Source: Actinomycetes bacterium
GTDB taxonomy: Bacteria; Actinomycetota; Actinomycetes; DATJPE01
Reading direction: 5' to 3'
NCBI GenBank assembly: GCA_031430645.1
Contig: JANPBY010000080.1
Location: 3,573-67,572 of the forward strand
Length of the DNA stretch: 64,000 nt
The first letter of the stretch is position 1, and every line of letters starts with the position of its first letter. Under the pieces are notes generated by a model. The model was not told the origin of the DNA, searched no databases, and saw only the letters and a program-made list of their open reading frames with translations. Positions 52,768-63,240 of this stretch are shown here, piece after piece. Both the position numbers and the translations under genes were made by a program.

Positions 52768-53604
52768 TCAGGGTCGGGCTACGGCCGCGTAGTAGATCAA
52801 GAAGGAGTCGTCGACCACTGCGGGGTCACCGCAGCCCGCCGTAACGACATAGACATCGACCCGCTTCGGGGTCTCGCCCGGCAGGACGACGACGGCCACT
52901 GGGGTGGCCTCCCAGGTGCCGGCGTCGACGGCAACAGGCCGCTCGGTTGTCCCATCGACCAGCTTGGTGACGCAGGTTGCGAGCGGGCTGGTCGTGCGCG
53001 GTGCCCGACGCACCAAGGATTCGACCTCGCCAGTGGCCGGATCCGGCGTCGGGGAGACTCCCGGATCGGTGCCGTTGTCTTCGCTCTCCACCCACGCGCT
53101 CAGCGGGGCACCCGGGGCGCTGGCCGCCTGGACCAAGCCAGTGACCTGGGTGGAGAGGTCGGCCTTGGAGTAGGCAGCGCCTGAATTGGTCAACAGGGTC
53201 GCGGTCTGAGCCTTGGCGCCGCCCTCGGACGTCGGTGCTGCTCCGCCGGCGGTGTCTGCCGGACCGCCACCGGATCCGTCGAAGAACTGGGTGCCGACAA
53301 CGACGGCGCCGAAGACGAGGACTACCGCCGCGGCACTGGAGAGGACGCGTGAACGGCGGGCGGTGCGCGCCTGGCGTTCACGGGCGGAGGGCAAGACGCT
53401 GACGTTGGTGGCACCGCTCGCGGCCCACGCCGGGACAGGCCCGGACAGGGGGAGTTCCGCCGCGAGCGCTGCAGCGATCCGGTCCGAGACGTCGACGGGC
53501 ATCGACACCTCGGGCAGGCCGGCCAAAAGAGCGCTGATCGCAGCATCGTCGAGGGGGTCGATCAATGGCGCGTCGAGCTGTTCGGAGTCAGCGTCGTCGG
53601 TCAT
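52768..53604 (-). CDS. Membrane-anchored anti-sigma factor (no zinc-binding ZAS motif)
   Basis: ATGA overlap with the sigma-factor stop; cytoplasmic N-domain, one TM ([18 protein letters not shown]), extracytoplasmic C-domain; no Cys in the N-domain. Confidence 0.55.
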   Translation of the reverse strand: MTDDADSEQLDAPLIDPLDDAAISALLAGLPEVSMPVDVSDRIAAALAAELPLSGPVPAWAASGATNVSVLPSARERQARTARRSRVLSSAAAVVLVFGAVVVGTQFFDGSGGGPADTAGGAAPTSEGGAKAQTATLLTNSGAAYSKADLSTQVTGLVQAASAPGAPLSAWVESEDNGTDPGVSPTPDPATGEVESLVRRAPRTTSPLATCVTKLVDGTTERPVAVDAGTWEATPVAVVVLPGETPKRVDVYVVTAGCGDPAVVDDSFLIYYAAVARP

Positions 53605-54293
53605 CTGCGGCCACCTCCTCCGGTGCGTTGCTCGGGCGGTCCATCGGGAACGTCTGGCGGTGGGACGTGGCCCCCGCCCGGCTGGTTCCCGTCGGTTGGC
53701 TGCCGAAGATGGGCGAGCAGCGGTGCAAGCCGGGCCCGCCCCCGAAAACACCTGCTCTTGACGGTGCCGGGAGCGCAGTCCAGGACTCGCGCGGCGTCAT
53801 CGACGGAGTAGCCCTGCACGTCAACGAGGACCAGGGCTGCTCGCTGTTCGGGCGGAAGGGTAGCGAGAGCGTCCTGAATGACCAGCGAGGTTTCGCGCGC
53901 GGCCATGGCGTCGCCTTGAGCGGGGATCCGCTCGGCATCCTCAGGAAGGGGCACGGCGGGGCGTGCGGCCTGCCGCCTCAACAGGTCCAGGCTCGCGTTC
54001 ACGACGATGCGGTGCAGCCACGTGGTGACTGCCGCCTCGCCTCGGTAGGAAGCTGCGTTGCGATAGGCCGAGACCAGCGCTTCTTGGACTGCGTCGGCTG
54101 CATCCTCGCGATTGCCGGTGGTCCGTAGCGCGACGGCCCACAGTCGACTCTGGTGACGGCGCACCAGCTCAGCGAAGGCCGTGGGATCCCCGGTGACGTG
54201 GGCGGCGAGCAAAGCCCGATCATCACGAGCGACGCCGAGAGTCGCCTCGTCCGCAGCCCCGGTCACGACGAGCGAGCCTACGCGGTGTGACAC
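53601..54293 (-). CDS. ECF (sigma-70 group IV) sigma factor, SigM-like by context
   Basis: Region 2 (LVSAYRNAASYRGEAAVTTWLHRIVVNASLDLLRR) and region 4 (QRAALVLVDVQGYSVDDAARVLDCAPGTVKSRCFRGRARL). Confidence 0.8.
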   Translation of the reverse strand: MSHRVGSLVVTGAADEATLGVARDDRALLAAHVTGDPTAFAELVRRHQSRLWAVALRTTGNREDAADAVQEALVSAYRNAASYRGEAAVTTWLHRIVVNASLDLLRRQAARPAVPLPEDAERIPAQGDAMAARETSLVIQDALATLPPEQRAALVLVDVQGYSVDDAARVLDCAPGTVKSRCFRGRARLAPLLAHLRQPTDGNQPGGGHVPPPDVPDGPPEQRTGGGGRR

Positions 54294-54351
54294 CGCAGCC
54301 CAGGGATGCCGAGCCGTCCACTGCTGTCATCAAGATCGGGCTCGCTGAAGA

Positions 54352-55731
54352 TCAAGCTCGGGCGACGGTGATCTCGATGATCCCTCCTCGATAGGTCGTC
54401 CCGTCGGCAGGCAGTTCGGTGAGCCACACCAGGACGTACCTGGCCTGGACCGGATCGGGAGCCCGCAAGGCGACCAGCTCGCCCACGTTGATCGCCGAAC
54501 CAAAGGGTGTGAAGTCCTCGGGGGCCGCCCTCAAAGTCGGCGCGACCCTGACCTCGAGCGTCGTGCCAGCGCCGACCAGGTTGAGCCGGACTGCGCCGAC
54601 GGTCTCAATCCTGCCTAGGTCGAACACCACCCCGACCCCTGGCTTGGGTGCAAGGTCGGCCTGCGCGTAGGAAACCGTCCGCCAGGCAGTTGCTAGGTTG
54701 CCGTCGAAGGCGAGAGGGACCAGTTCGGGCTTCTCCCGACCGTTGCCGCCAGGGTCGAAGTCAATCCCGGCCTGAACCGGAACTCGGCCGGTCTGGTCAG
54801 GAGGAGCTGATGGCGACGGCAGGGCGCTGGAGGTCGGCGAGGGAGAGCCGCCTGGCGCGCGGCCTCGCCCCTGATCGGCGCTGTCGTCCTGAACCAGCAG
54901 AAAGCCGACCCAGGCCGCCGCAGCCAGTGCGGCAACGATGGCGAGGACGCCGACCCGGGTCGTGGCCCCTCGGCGGGTGGTCCTGCTGCTGCCCCTGTGA
55001 TCAGCTGCGGACCGGTCTTCGGCACGGCGTCCCAGGCAGCCCAGGACGTGTTCGAGGCTGAGCACCACGTCGTGGATGTCGTCCGGGGGGTTCGCCAGCC
55101 CTGTCGAGAGCGCTTGGTCGAGCTCCTTTGGCACCCCGGCGCGCACCTGTCGCGGCCGCACGACCGAGCCGTTCCGGCCGGCACTGGGCCAACGCCCGGT
55201 TACCGCGGCGTAGGTCACCGCCAACGCACCCCAGGAATCTGCCGAGTCGGGTGAATCGGGGGGCTCGGCGGCCCCCGGCTCGAGCGCGGCCGTGGTCGCA
55301 AGCCCGGCGAGTTTCGGGTGCCCGTCCTCGGTGAGCCAGACGTCGGCCAGGCCAACGGAGCCGTGCCGTACGCCCCCGGCATGAGCGACGTGCAGAGCTC
55401 GAGCCACCCGCAGACCCAGCGCGCATGACTCGGTTGCGGGAAGCGGTCCAGCCAGGAGCCGGTCAGCCAGGGTTTCGCCGGAGGCCCACTCGCTGACCAC
55501 CAACAAGTCGCCGCCGCCTGGGTCCACCACGTCATAGATGTGCAAGAGGCCGGCGTCGGTGACGCAGGCGGCCTGTCTTGCGCGGTCCGCAGTTTGTGCG
55601 CGTCGAGGGTGCTCGGCCGTCACGACCAGGACACCCACATGGCGTCGAAGCACGGTGTCGGTGGCCCGCCAGCTGGACCACTGATCCCCGGAGACGACCC
55701 GGTCCTCCAGGACGTAGCGGTCAGTGGGCAC
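54352..55731 (-). CDS. Standalone pseudokinase-TM-extracellular domain protein homologous to the C-terminal (non-flippase) region of mycobacterial MviN; start uncertain
   Basis: Degenerate kinase fold (RYVLEDRVVSGDQWSSWRATD; no GxGxxG, VAIK Lys or HRD), one TM (VGVLAIVAALAAAAWVGFLLV), ~190-aa beta-rich ectodomain. Confidence 0.55.
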   Translation of the reverse strand: MPTDRYVLEDRVVSGDQWSSWRATDTVLRRHVGVLVVTAEHPRRAQTADRARQAACVTDAGLLHIYDVVDPGGGDLLVVSEWASGETLADRLLAGPLPATESCALGLRVARALHVAHAGGVRHGSVGLADVWLTEDGHPKLAGLATTAALEPGAAEPPDSPDSADSWGALAVTYAAVTGRWPSAGRNGSVVRPRQVRAGVPKELDQALSTGLANPPDDIHDVVLSLEHVLGCLGRRAEDRSAADHRGSSRTTRRGATTRVGVLAIVAALAAAAWVGFLLVQDDSADQGRGRAPGGSPSPTSSALPSPSAPPDQTGRVPVQAGIDFDPGGNGREKPELVPLAFDGNLATAWRTVSYAQADLAPKPGVGVVFDLGRIETVGAVRLNLVGAGTTLEVRVAPTLRAAPEDFTPFGSAINVGELVALRAPDPVQARYVLVWLTELPADGTTYRGGIIEITVARA

Positions 55732-55775
55732 TGGTCGAGCGTAGGCGAGTGGCTGGGTCGCGCCCGCGTCGTCGG

Positions 55776-56870
55776 TCAGGTCGTCGGTCGCGTGGCGCCG
55801 ATGTACCCGTCGAGGTAGACCCTCGCGTAGCGGACGACGTCCCCGGTGTGCGGGGCGTGGATCATCCACCCGGCCCCGACATAAAGGGCGACGTGGTGGA
55901 TGGTGGTCGGGTCGTTGACGTTGTTCGCCCAGAAGAGCAGGTCACCGGGCTGAAGATCGGCTAGCGCCGGGTGCGGACCAACGGTCCATTGCTGGCGCGA
56001 GGTACGCGGGAGCCCGACGCCGGCCAGGGCGTACGCCCAGCGGGTGAGCCCGCTGCAGTCGAAGCTGTCCGGACCGTTGGCGGCATAGACGTACGGAACT
56101 CCGCGGACGCTGTCAGCGGCTCTCAGGGCCACCCCAGCGGCGGTGGCCTCCGACGGAAGCTGGGTCGGAAGCGGCCCACTCGCGCCGAGCTGCACGGCGG
56201 CTCGCTCAGCGGCCGCCCGGGCCTGCGCTGCACGCCACTCCTCGGTGAGTTTCCGCACCGTGGCCCCGGCGTCATCGAGGGCACTTTGGTGGGCGGCGAG
56301 CAGGGATTGGATCTCGTCCTCGGCGATGCGAGCAGTCGCTTCGAGCTCGGTCTGGCGCTCGGAGAGCGCGGTGAGCTCGAGCTGCAGCCGGGCCGCGTCC
56401 GCGACGGCATCGGCGTCAACTTCCGCCGAGCCTCGGTCCCTGTCGAGCACGCGATCGACGGAATCCATCCGGGCGAGCACGTCGACCAGGGAGCCGCCGT
56501 CGAGCACGGTGGCGTACAGCCCGGTTTGCCCACCACTCATGTACAGCGCCCGCACCCGTTCATTCGTAGCCGCCCGGCTTCGCTGCGCGGCTGTCGAGAG
56601 ATCCGCGAGGGTGTTTTTTGCCGTCAGCTCTTGGGAGACCAGTCGGCCAAGCTCGTCCTGCGCCCCGGCGAGCTGCTCGCCGGCCATCTCGACCTGCTCT
56701 TCGAGTTCGCTGACTTGGGCCGCGAGCTTCTTGGCTTTGGCCTTGGCCGCTTGGATCCCGTCAGGTTCTGCCTGAACCGGGGTTCCAACGAGTGACAGCA
56801 TCAGGGCGGCGAGCAGGATTGCTGCCCCGGGCAAGGCTCTTGTCCGGAAACGGTCGTGCATGAGAGGCAT
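55776..56870 (-). CDS. NlpC/P60 peptidoglycan endopeptidase with N-terminal coiled-coil (RipA-like)
   Basis: Signal peptide, long coiled-coil, C-terminal NlpC/P60 with catalytic Cys (FDCSGLTRWAY) and His (IHHVALYVG). Confidence 0.75.
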   Translation of the reverse strand: MPLMHDRFRTRALPGAAILLAALMLSLVGTPVQAEPDGIQAAKAKAKKLAAQVSELEEQVEMAGEQLAGAQDELGRLVSQELTAKNTLADLSTAAQRSRAATNERVRALYMSGGQTGLYATVLDGGSLVDVLARMDSVDRVLDRDRGSAEVDADAVADAARLQLELTALSERQTELEATARIAEDEIQSLLAAHQSALDDAGATVRKLTEEWRAAQARAAAERAAVQLGASGPLPTQLPSEATAAGVALRAADSVRGVPYVYAANGPDSFDCSGLTRWAYALAGVGLPRTSRQQWTVGPHPALADLQPGDLLFWANNVNDPTTIHHVALYVGAGWMIHAPHTGDVVRYARVYLDGYIGATRPTT

Positions 56871-56883
56871 GGGGCGGGTCGAC

Positions 56884-57288
56884 TCAGGTACTCGGAGCCA
56901 CGGAGCTGGTTTCGATCGTCGCCTCGATCTCGGTCAGTCCCCGGGTGATCGACAGCCGGTAGGCAGCCAGGGTCTTTGCCGTCGTCGTGAGCGTGAACCG
57001 GACCGTGTCGGTGGAGGGGTCAATGGAAAAGCTCTGGGGGATGATGACCTCACCGGTTGTGCTCAGGGTGGCTTGGGCGGCCTCGTAGGCTGCTTGTGCG
57101 TCTTGGGTCTGGCGCCAGGTTTCCCCGGCGACGTCGGCAGCAGACGCGCCATGGTCCGCAGCGGAGACGCGGTGGTAGGCGATCGAGACTCCGTCGTACA
57201 CGAGCACCCCGACGAGGCCGAGGAGCAGCAGGAGCTTGGTCAGCCCGCCAAGAGCGACACTGCCGCGCTCCGAACGGAGGGCGTTCAT
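56884..57288 (-). CDS. Hypothetical membrane-anchored protein (134 aa)
   Basis: N-terminal TM LTKLLLLLGLVGVLV; no recognised domain. Confidence 0.4.
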   Translation of the reverse strand: MNALRSERGSVALGGLTKLLLLLGLVGVLVYDGVSIAYHRVSAADHGASAADVAGETWRQTQDAQAAYEAAQATLSTTGEVIIPQSFSIDPSTDTVRFTLTTTAKTLAAYRLSITRGLTEIEATIETSSVAPST

Positions 57289-57335
57289 GAGGGAGATGTC
57301 GGCGTAAGAGCGGCCTGGCTTGAGCCGCCGTTAGG

Positions 57336-59054
57336 TCAGTGCCGCCCGACTCGACCGGCGAGGATGGCCAGCAACTCGTTCACTTCGGTGACTCGCATCC
57401 GAAGCGCCAACCACACAAAGGTTGCGCCTCCGACGGCGAGCCCGGTGACCACCTGGACGAAGGACGCCCCATTGGTCGTGCCGAATGCGGAAGTCATCGC
57501 CCCAGCTACTGCATAGGCAGGGACGCAGGCGACAGCCGAGGCCAAGACCAGCCGGACGAGGGTCCGCAGGGTCTGTCGAGTGTCCAGCCCGCCGAGCCGC
57601 CGCCCGAGCCGGCGCCACGTGAGGACTGAGGTGAACAGATAGGCAAGTGAGTAGCCCAGGGCGAGCGCGGGGACCTTGAAGGATGCCGGGACGAGAACGT
57701 AGAGCCCGAGCGCGAAGGTCGCATTCAATCCGTTGAGGACCACATTGAGCCAGAACGGCGTCTTGGTGTCCTCAAAGGCGAAGTAGCCGCGCAGGGACAG
57801 ATAGAACACGGTGAAGGGCACGAGTCCGAGAGCAAACATCTGGACCACGACGCCGATCTGCGCGGCCTCCGGCTGCGAGGTGCTGCCATAGGCCGTGAGG
57901 ACCTGGGCGATGCGCGGACCGAACACGAGGAAGGCCGCTGCCGTGGGGACGACGAAAGCGGCAGCCGTACGGAGCCCCCGCGCGACGTCGCCCGCCACTG
58001 CCCGCGCGTCGCCGGCATGGGCTGATGCCGACATCCTGGGGAGCAGAGCGGCAGCGAGGGACACGGTCACCACGCTGTGCGGGAGGATGAAGAGCAGGTG
58101 CGCGCGCGTGTAGCTCGTGAGCCCCACCGAGGTCCCGCCGCCGGCTTGGGCGGCGATGTTGGCTGCGTTGGCCAGGTTGACGATGACGAGGTAGGTCACC
58201 TGGTTCACCGCGACGAAGGCGATGGTCCATCGAGCCAGCCGCCAGGCATGCCCGAGTCCGTGCCCGCGGAAGTCGAAACGGGGCCGCCAGTGATAGCCCA
58301 CGCGCCAGGCAAAGGGGATGAGCACTGCGGCTTGCAGCGCAACCCCGAGCGTGGCGCCGATCCCGAGCAAGGCAATCTCGGATGAGGTGATGGTCGAGGT
58401 TGTGGGGTTGAGGCCTGCCGACTTCAAGAACAACAGCGCAGCGCTGGACATGACGAGGTTGTTGACCACTGGGGCGTAGGCCGGTGCGGCGAAGGAGCCG
58501 CGACTGTTGAGGACCTGCGTGAGCATCGTGAAGACGCCGTAGAAGAGGATCTGCGGCAGGCAATAGCGCGCAAAGGCCGTCGAGACCTCGAGGTCGCCCG
58601 CCGAAAAGGACCGGGCATAGAGTCCGATGATCCAAGGGGCCAGCGCGACGGCGAGCAGGGTCACGCCGATCAGGACCAGGCCGACCAGAGTAAGCAGCCG
58701 GTCGGCGTAGCCGTCACCTCCGTCGGAGTCGGCCCGCGCGTGCCGGACGAGCTGCGGCACGAAGACCGCGTTGAGGGCCCCCCCCACGGCCAGGATGTAG
58801 ATGATGTTGGGGATGGTGTTGGCCGTCGTGAACGTGTCGGCAAGGACGCCCACCCCGAGGGCGGCGCTGATCAGAACATCACGGAGCACTCCGGTGATCC
58901 TGGAGACGATGGTGCCGACCGCCATGCCTCCACTGGAGCGCAGGACGCCAGCCTCAACCCCGGCTGCGGCCACGGCGTCAGCCTGACTGCCTGCCTGCGG
59001 GTCCTGTTCCGGTCCGACGGTGCTGCCCGGACCCGCAGTTCCGTCCTCACTCAC
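57336..59054 (-). CDS. murJ: Lipid II flippase MurJ (MviN core only, 14 TM)
   Basis: MOP/MurJ conserved segments (VGTIVSRITGVLRDVLISAALG..., NNLVMSSAALL...). Confidence 0.85.
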   Translation of the reverse strand: MSEDGTAGPGSTVGPEQDPQAGSQADAVAAAGVEAGVLRSSGGMAVGTIVSRITGVLRDVLISAALGVGVLADTFTTANTIPNIIYILAVGGALNAVFVPQLVRHARADSDGGDGYADRLLTLVGLVLIGVTLLAVALAPWIIGLYARSFSAGDLEVSTAFARYCLPQILFYGVFTMLTQVLNSRGSFAAPAYAPVVNNLVMSSAALLFLKSAGLNPTTSTITSSEIALLGIGATLGVALQAAVLIPFAWRVGYHWRPRFDFRGHGLGHAWRLARWTIAFVAVNQVTYLVIVNLANAANIAAQAGGGTSVGLTSYTRAHLLFILPHSVVTVSLAAALLPRMSASAHAGDARAVAGDVARGLRTAAAFVVPTAAAFLVFGPRIAQVLTAYGSTSQPEAAQIGVVVQMFALGLVPFTVFYLSLRGYFAFEDTKTPFWLNVVLNGLNATFALGLYVLVPASFKVPALALGYSLAYLFTSVLTWRRLGRRLGGLDTRQTLRTLVRLVLASAVACVPAYAVAGAMTSAFGTTNGASFVQVVTGLAVGGATFVWLALRMRVTEVNELLAILAGRVGRH

Positions 59055-61198
59055 GGGTCGAGGGTCTCATCCTCGAGGGTGAGTGCCGTGCCACTCGCCG
59101 CGGAACCGCTCTGCGCCAGCCGAATCCTGCGAGCCACCCGCATGACCACAGTTGCGGCCAGCAGGATCAGAGCACTGCCGACGACGATCCGGGCGACTTG
59201 GCCATAGCCGGTGGCGCGCACGGTGAACGTCACGGGTTTGCCGAAGGGTTCACCGGCTTCGGTGAGCAGCACCGCAACGACGGGGAAGGTCGCGTCGGCT
59301 GTTGCCTCGGCAGCCACGTCGACCGAAGCCGTACGCCCTGCGGGGATCGTGATCACTTCTGTCGCCGCGCTTTGGAGCCGAACGGCCGGGGTTGATGTCA
59401 CCCGCACCCGCACCCGGACTTCTTGGTCCAGGCTGTTCTGAACCGCGAGCGGGATGATCCCGGCGCGGCTGGACAGCGTCACCGAACCCCGCGGCTTGAG
59501 CCGCACGGCGGTCACCGTGGCCCGAACGTCGTTCGTGAGCTCGGCTGTGTAGGTGCGGCCGGCTGCTCGGCCCTTGCCCCGCCAGGCAAGGGACTGCGCG
59601 CTCAGCAGCGCTGGGTCGTAGGTGGCGAGGAACGCCGCCGGGTCGGCGACGACAGCCGAGAAGCGCGTCAGGCGCGTCCGGGCGTCGGTGACAGCTGCGA
59701 GTTGGGCCGGGGAAACCTCGGCGGCTTTGGCCGCGTCGGAGTACGGCTTGGGGGTAGCGGGAGGGGCATCCCCGGGGTCAGCCTCCAGTTCGGCCAGCGT
59801 GACTGGCTTGAGCCAAGGGGCCTGGAATCCCCGCACGGCCAGAGCCCAGGCCGTCGGGGGATTCCAGCGCCTCGGGGGGGTGACGACCAGGCTGCGCGGG
59901 TCGTTGGGGCGCTCGGCGGCCACCATCGCGGTTTCGGCAAGGAGGCGCTGGGAGGCGAGAACAAGACCGCCGGCCTTGTCCGGGCCGGCTCCAACCAGCG
60001 CTGAGATCGTCGCATCCGAGGTGACCAGGCCGAGATCGGGCTGGCCTTCGAGGTCCGCGAGCGCATCCGGCGTCCCAGCGAACTGTGGCTGTGGCTGCAA
60101 AAAAGCCGAGGTCAGGATGACCCTGTTCGCGTCGAAGTCTTTGCCCTGAAGCATCTCCAGGGTTGGCTTGTTGGCCACACCACTGCCCGGCCAGGGTGGC
60201 GCCTGCTGCACCTCGGCGTTCAGGGCAAGCGAAACCGTCTCCGCCCCCAGGGCCGCCGCCCGGAGCAGGTCGCTCTGCAGCCCGGCTCGTTGGACGGCGA
60301 CCAGGTCGGGGTCGGCGTACGGCAGCGCCGCGAAGTCGGTCTCGGCCCGAGCTGATTCCTGCGCCAGGCTGGTCAACCAGGCACCCGCGAGCGGGTCCGG
60401 TTGGAGGTCTTGGGGGAGACCGTTTCCGGTGCTGAGCGAACGAATGTCTTCAAGGAGCGCGCCGTCGACGAACCAGCTCACTGGCTGACCGGTTCCTGCG
60501 GCGAGCAGGGTCCCCAATCGTCCGGTCGGTCGAACTGAGGCGGCGAGAGCAGTGGCTGCGTCGGTCGACAGGAGGCCGTCGGGGTTCCGACCGGGGGTGC
60601 CGACCAACGGCCACACCAAGGCGAGCCGGACGGTGGGGACCCCAGCCCTTCCTGAGCCGTTGCCTCCTGAGCTGACGATCGAGGTGCGCACCGCCCCGGC
60701 TGTTCGCCGCTCGCCGGTCGGCTCGTCCACTCGCAGCTCCAAGGTGAGGGGATGGACCCCAAACCCGCCGACCAGGCCCAGATCCTGGGCCGGCACGGCC
60801 ATCCGGACCTCGACTTCGCCACCCGGGGGCAGTTCGGGCGCGACGTCGACCAAGGAGGCGGCGGGCACGGTTCCCAACTCACCGGACCCGCCGGAGAACT
60901 CGGAGAGTTCGGCGCGGGAGCCGAAGGCCTCGGCACCAACGCGCAGCCGAGCACCGACTTGCCGCAGGGTTTGGTCGGAGGCGTTGACGACCCGGGCGGT
61001 GATCAGCAACGTGCCGTCCGGATCCAGGAGGGTCGGTGAGAGCGTCGTGATCGTGATCCGAAGGTCGGCCGCGTCGGCTGCTGTGCGTGGGAGGCCACCT
61101 GCAGCCCCGTTTCCGACCAGCGTCGTGAGGCAGGCGAGGCCGAGAACCGCCGTCACCGTGCGGATCCGACTCCCTGTGCCCACCGCCCTTCGGCTCAC
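59051..61198 (-). CDS. Large secreted hypothetical protein (Rv3909-like); start trimmed to a GTG overlapping the NUDIX stop (GTGA)
   Basis: Signal peptide ([14 protein letters not shown]), ~700-aa extracytoplasmic region, C-terminal TM; ATGA overlap with murJ. Confidence 0.5.
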   Translation of the reverse strand: MSRRAVGTGSRIRTVTAVLGLACLTTLVGNGAAGGLPRTAADAADLRITITTLSPTLLDPDGTLLITARVVNASDQTLRQVGARLRVGAEAFGSRAELSEFSGGSGELGTVPAASLVDVAPELPPGGEVEVRMAVPAQDLGLVGGFGVHPLTLELRVDEPTGERRTAGAVRTSIVSSGGNGSGRAGVPTVRLALVWPLVGTPGRNPDGLLSTDAATALAASVRPTGRLGTLLAAGTGQPVSWFVDGALLEDIRSLSTGNGLPQDLQPDPLAGAWLTSLAQESARAETDFAALPYADPDLVAVQRAGLQSDLLRAAALGAETVSLALNAEVQQAPPWPGSGVANKPTLEMLQGKDFDANRVILTSAFLQPQPQFAGTPDALADLEGQPDLGLVTSDATISALVGAGPDKAGGLVLASQRLLAETAMVAAERPNDPRSLVVTPPRRWNPPTAWALAVRGFQAPWLKPVTLAELEADPGDAPPATPKPYSDAAKAAEVSPAQLAAVTDARTRLTRFSAVVADPAAFLATYDPALLSAQSLAWRGKGRAAGRTYTAELTNDVRATVTAVRLKPRGSVTLSSRAGIIPLAVQNSLDQEVRVRVRVTSTPAVRLQSAATEVITIPAGRTASVDVAAEATADATFPVVAVLLTEAGEPFGKPVTFTVRATGYGQVARIVVGSALILLAATVVMRVARRIRLAQSGSAASGTALTLEDETLDP

Positions 61199-61692
61199 GC
61201 GCTCTCGCTGAGCAGCTCGAGGGCTTTTCCGATCAGCGCCCGCTCGTCGGCGTAGGCCAGGCGGCTCGCGATCTCGGTGAGCGGCACCCACGCGACCTCG
61301 GCAACCTCGATGTCCTCGTCACTGAGGTCGCCGCTGATCGCTTCGAGGAGATGATGATGGACGGTCTTGTGGACCCGACGGTCCTCGGCCACGAACCAGA
61401 AGTCGATGGTGCCCAGCGGGGCCAGGACCCGACCAAGGATCCCGGTCTCCTCTTGCACCTCGCGAACCGCCGCGTCCTCGGCGGTCTCGCCCTCCTCGAG
61501 GTGTCCCTTCGGAAGCGACCAGATGAGCCGGCCTCGCCGGTCCAGGCGCGCGATCAGCGCGGCTCGCGGCACCTCGGTGGTGTGCCGGTCCACCACCAGC
61601 CCGCCGGCCGACACCTCTTCGACCGTCCGCAGGCGCGGTCGCGGGCGGGGTTGGCGTGGCGGCTGCGGCGCTGGTCGTGCGCGGTCGGCCAT
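61195..61692 (-). CDS. NUDIX hydrolase (MutT4-like)
   Basis: Nudix box [23 protein letters not shown]. Confidence 0.8.
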   Translation of the reverse strand: MADRARPAPQPPRQPRPRPRLRTVEEVSAGGLVVDRHTTEVPRAALIARLDRRGRLIWSLPKGHLEEGETAEDAAVREVQEETGILGRVLAPLGTIDFWFVAEDRRVHKTVHHHLLEAISGDLSDEDIEVAEVAWVPLTEIASRLAYADERALIGKALELLSESA

Positions 61693-61729
61693 GTCAGCCA
61701 GGGTAGCCAGCCCTTCCTAGACTGGGGGG

Positions 61730-63193
61730 ATGCCCCCGGCCGATGATCGCCCCTCGGCGCGTCCCGACGCACGTCCCGCGGATGCCCTGTCTGAGGCACA
61801 ACGTCGGGCGGTGCGCGAGCTCCTGCGGGTCGCTCCGGTTGCTGATGAGTTGGCTCGTCGCTTCGAGGCGGCCGGGCACCACCTGGCTCTCGTGGGTGGC
61901 AGTGTCCGCGATGCTCTGCTCGGCCGCCTCGGCAACGACCTGGACTTCACGACCGATGCCCATCCGGACGTCGTGCAGGGCCTGCTTCGCGGGTGGGCCG
62001 ACTCCCAGTGGGACGTGGGCATTGCCTTCGGGACCGTCGGGGCGCTCAAGAACGACTTCACCATCGAGGTCACGACCTATCGGGCGGAGTCGTACGACCG
62101 AACCTCGCGCAAGCCGGAGGTGACGTACGGCGACACCCTCGACGGCGACTTGGTGCGACGTGACTTCACGATCAACGCGATGGCCGTACGGCTGCCCGGC
62201 ACCACGTTCGTTGACCCGCATGAGGGTCTCGCCGATCTCGCCCGAGGGGTGCTGCGCACGCCCGGGACAGCGGAGGACTCCTTCTCCGACGATCCGCTGC
62301 GCATGATGCGGGCCGCTCGGTTCGCCGCTCAGCTCGGGTTCTCGGTGGCGCCAGACGTCGTGGCGGCCATGACTTCGATGGCTGAGCGGATCACCATTGT
62401 GAGCGCCGAACGGGTGCGTGATGAGCTGGTCAAGCTGATGATGTCGCCCGACCCGCGGGCCGGTTTGGCGTTGATCGTGGAGACCGGGCTCGCCGATCAT
62501 GTGCTGCCTGAGTTGCCGCGGCTGAAGCTCGAGATCGACGAGCATCACCGGCACAAGGACGTCTATGAGCACACCCTCACCGTTGTCGAGCAGGCGATGG
62601 CTCTGGAGCAGGGCGGCGCGGACTTCGTGCTCCGCTTCGCAGCCCTGATGCACGACATCGGCAAGCCCAAGACGCGCCGTTTCGAAGAGGGGGGTGGCGT
62701 CAGCTTTCACCACCATGAGGTCGTCGGCGCCAAGTTGACCCGCAAACGCATGCAGGCGCTGCGGTTCAGCAACGACCTGATCGATGAGGTGTCCGGCCTG
62801 GTCGAGCTGCACCTGCGCTTCCACGGGTACGGCACCGGTGAGTGGACCGACGCGGCGGTACGCCGCTACGTCCGCGATGCCGGTCCGTTGGTGGACCGGC
62901 TGCACCTGCTGACCAGGGCTGATTGCACGACGCGCAACAAGCGCAAGGCCGCGGCGCTGGCCAAGACCTACGACGAATTGGAGGAGCGGATCGCCCGCCT
63001 CGCCTCCGAGGAAGAGCTGGCGGCGATTCGCCCCGACCTCGACGGCGACCAGATCATGGCGATCCTCGAGGTCCCGCCCGGCCGGATCGTTGGCGAGGCC
63101 TACCGCCATCTCCTCGAGCTGCGCCTGGACCGCGGCCCGATGAGCCCCGAAGACGCCGAAGCCGAGCTCCGCGCCTGGAACCAAGCGCGGTAG
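61730..63193 (+). CDS. cca: CCA tRNA nucleotidyltransferase (PolyA-pol head + HD domain)
   Basis: GGSVRDALLGR...DLDFTT (pol-beta NTase) and HD motif (HRHKDVYEHT...HDIGK). Confidence 0.85.
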   Translation: MPPADDRPSARPDARPADALSEAQRRAVRELLRVAPVADELARRFEAAGHHLALVGGSVRDALLGRLGNDLDFTTDAHPDVVQGLLRGWADSQWDVGIAFGTVGALKNDFTIEVTTYRAESYDRTSRKPEVTYGDTLDGDLVRRDFTINAMAVRLPGTTFVDPHEGLADLARGVLRTPGTAEDSFSDDPLRMMRAARFAAQLGFSVAPDVVAAMTSMAERITIVSAERVRDELVKLMMSPDPRAGLALIVETGLADHVLPELPRLKLEIDEHHRHKDVYEHTLTVVEQAMALEQGGADFVLRFAALMHDIGKPKTRRFEEGGGVSFHHHEVVGAKLTRKRMQALRFSNDLIDEVSGLVELHLRFHGYGTGEWTDAAVRRYVRDAGPLVDRLHLLTRADCTTRNKRKAAALAKTYDELEERIARLASEEELAAIRPDLDGDQIMAILEVPPGRIVGEAYRHLLELRLDRGPMSPEDAEAELRAWNQAR

Positions 63194-63240
63194 TGGGTGC
63201 AAGGACCCCTTGCCTCCCTACTTGGCGGGGTTTTGGGGAC

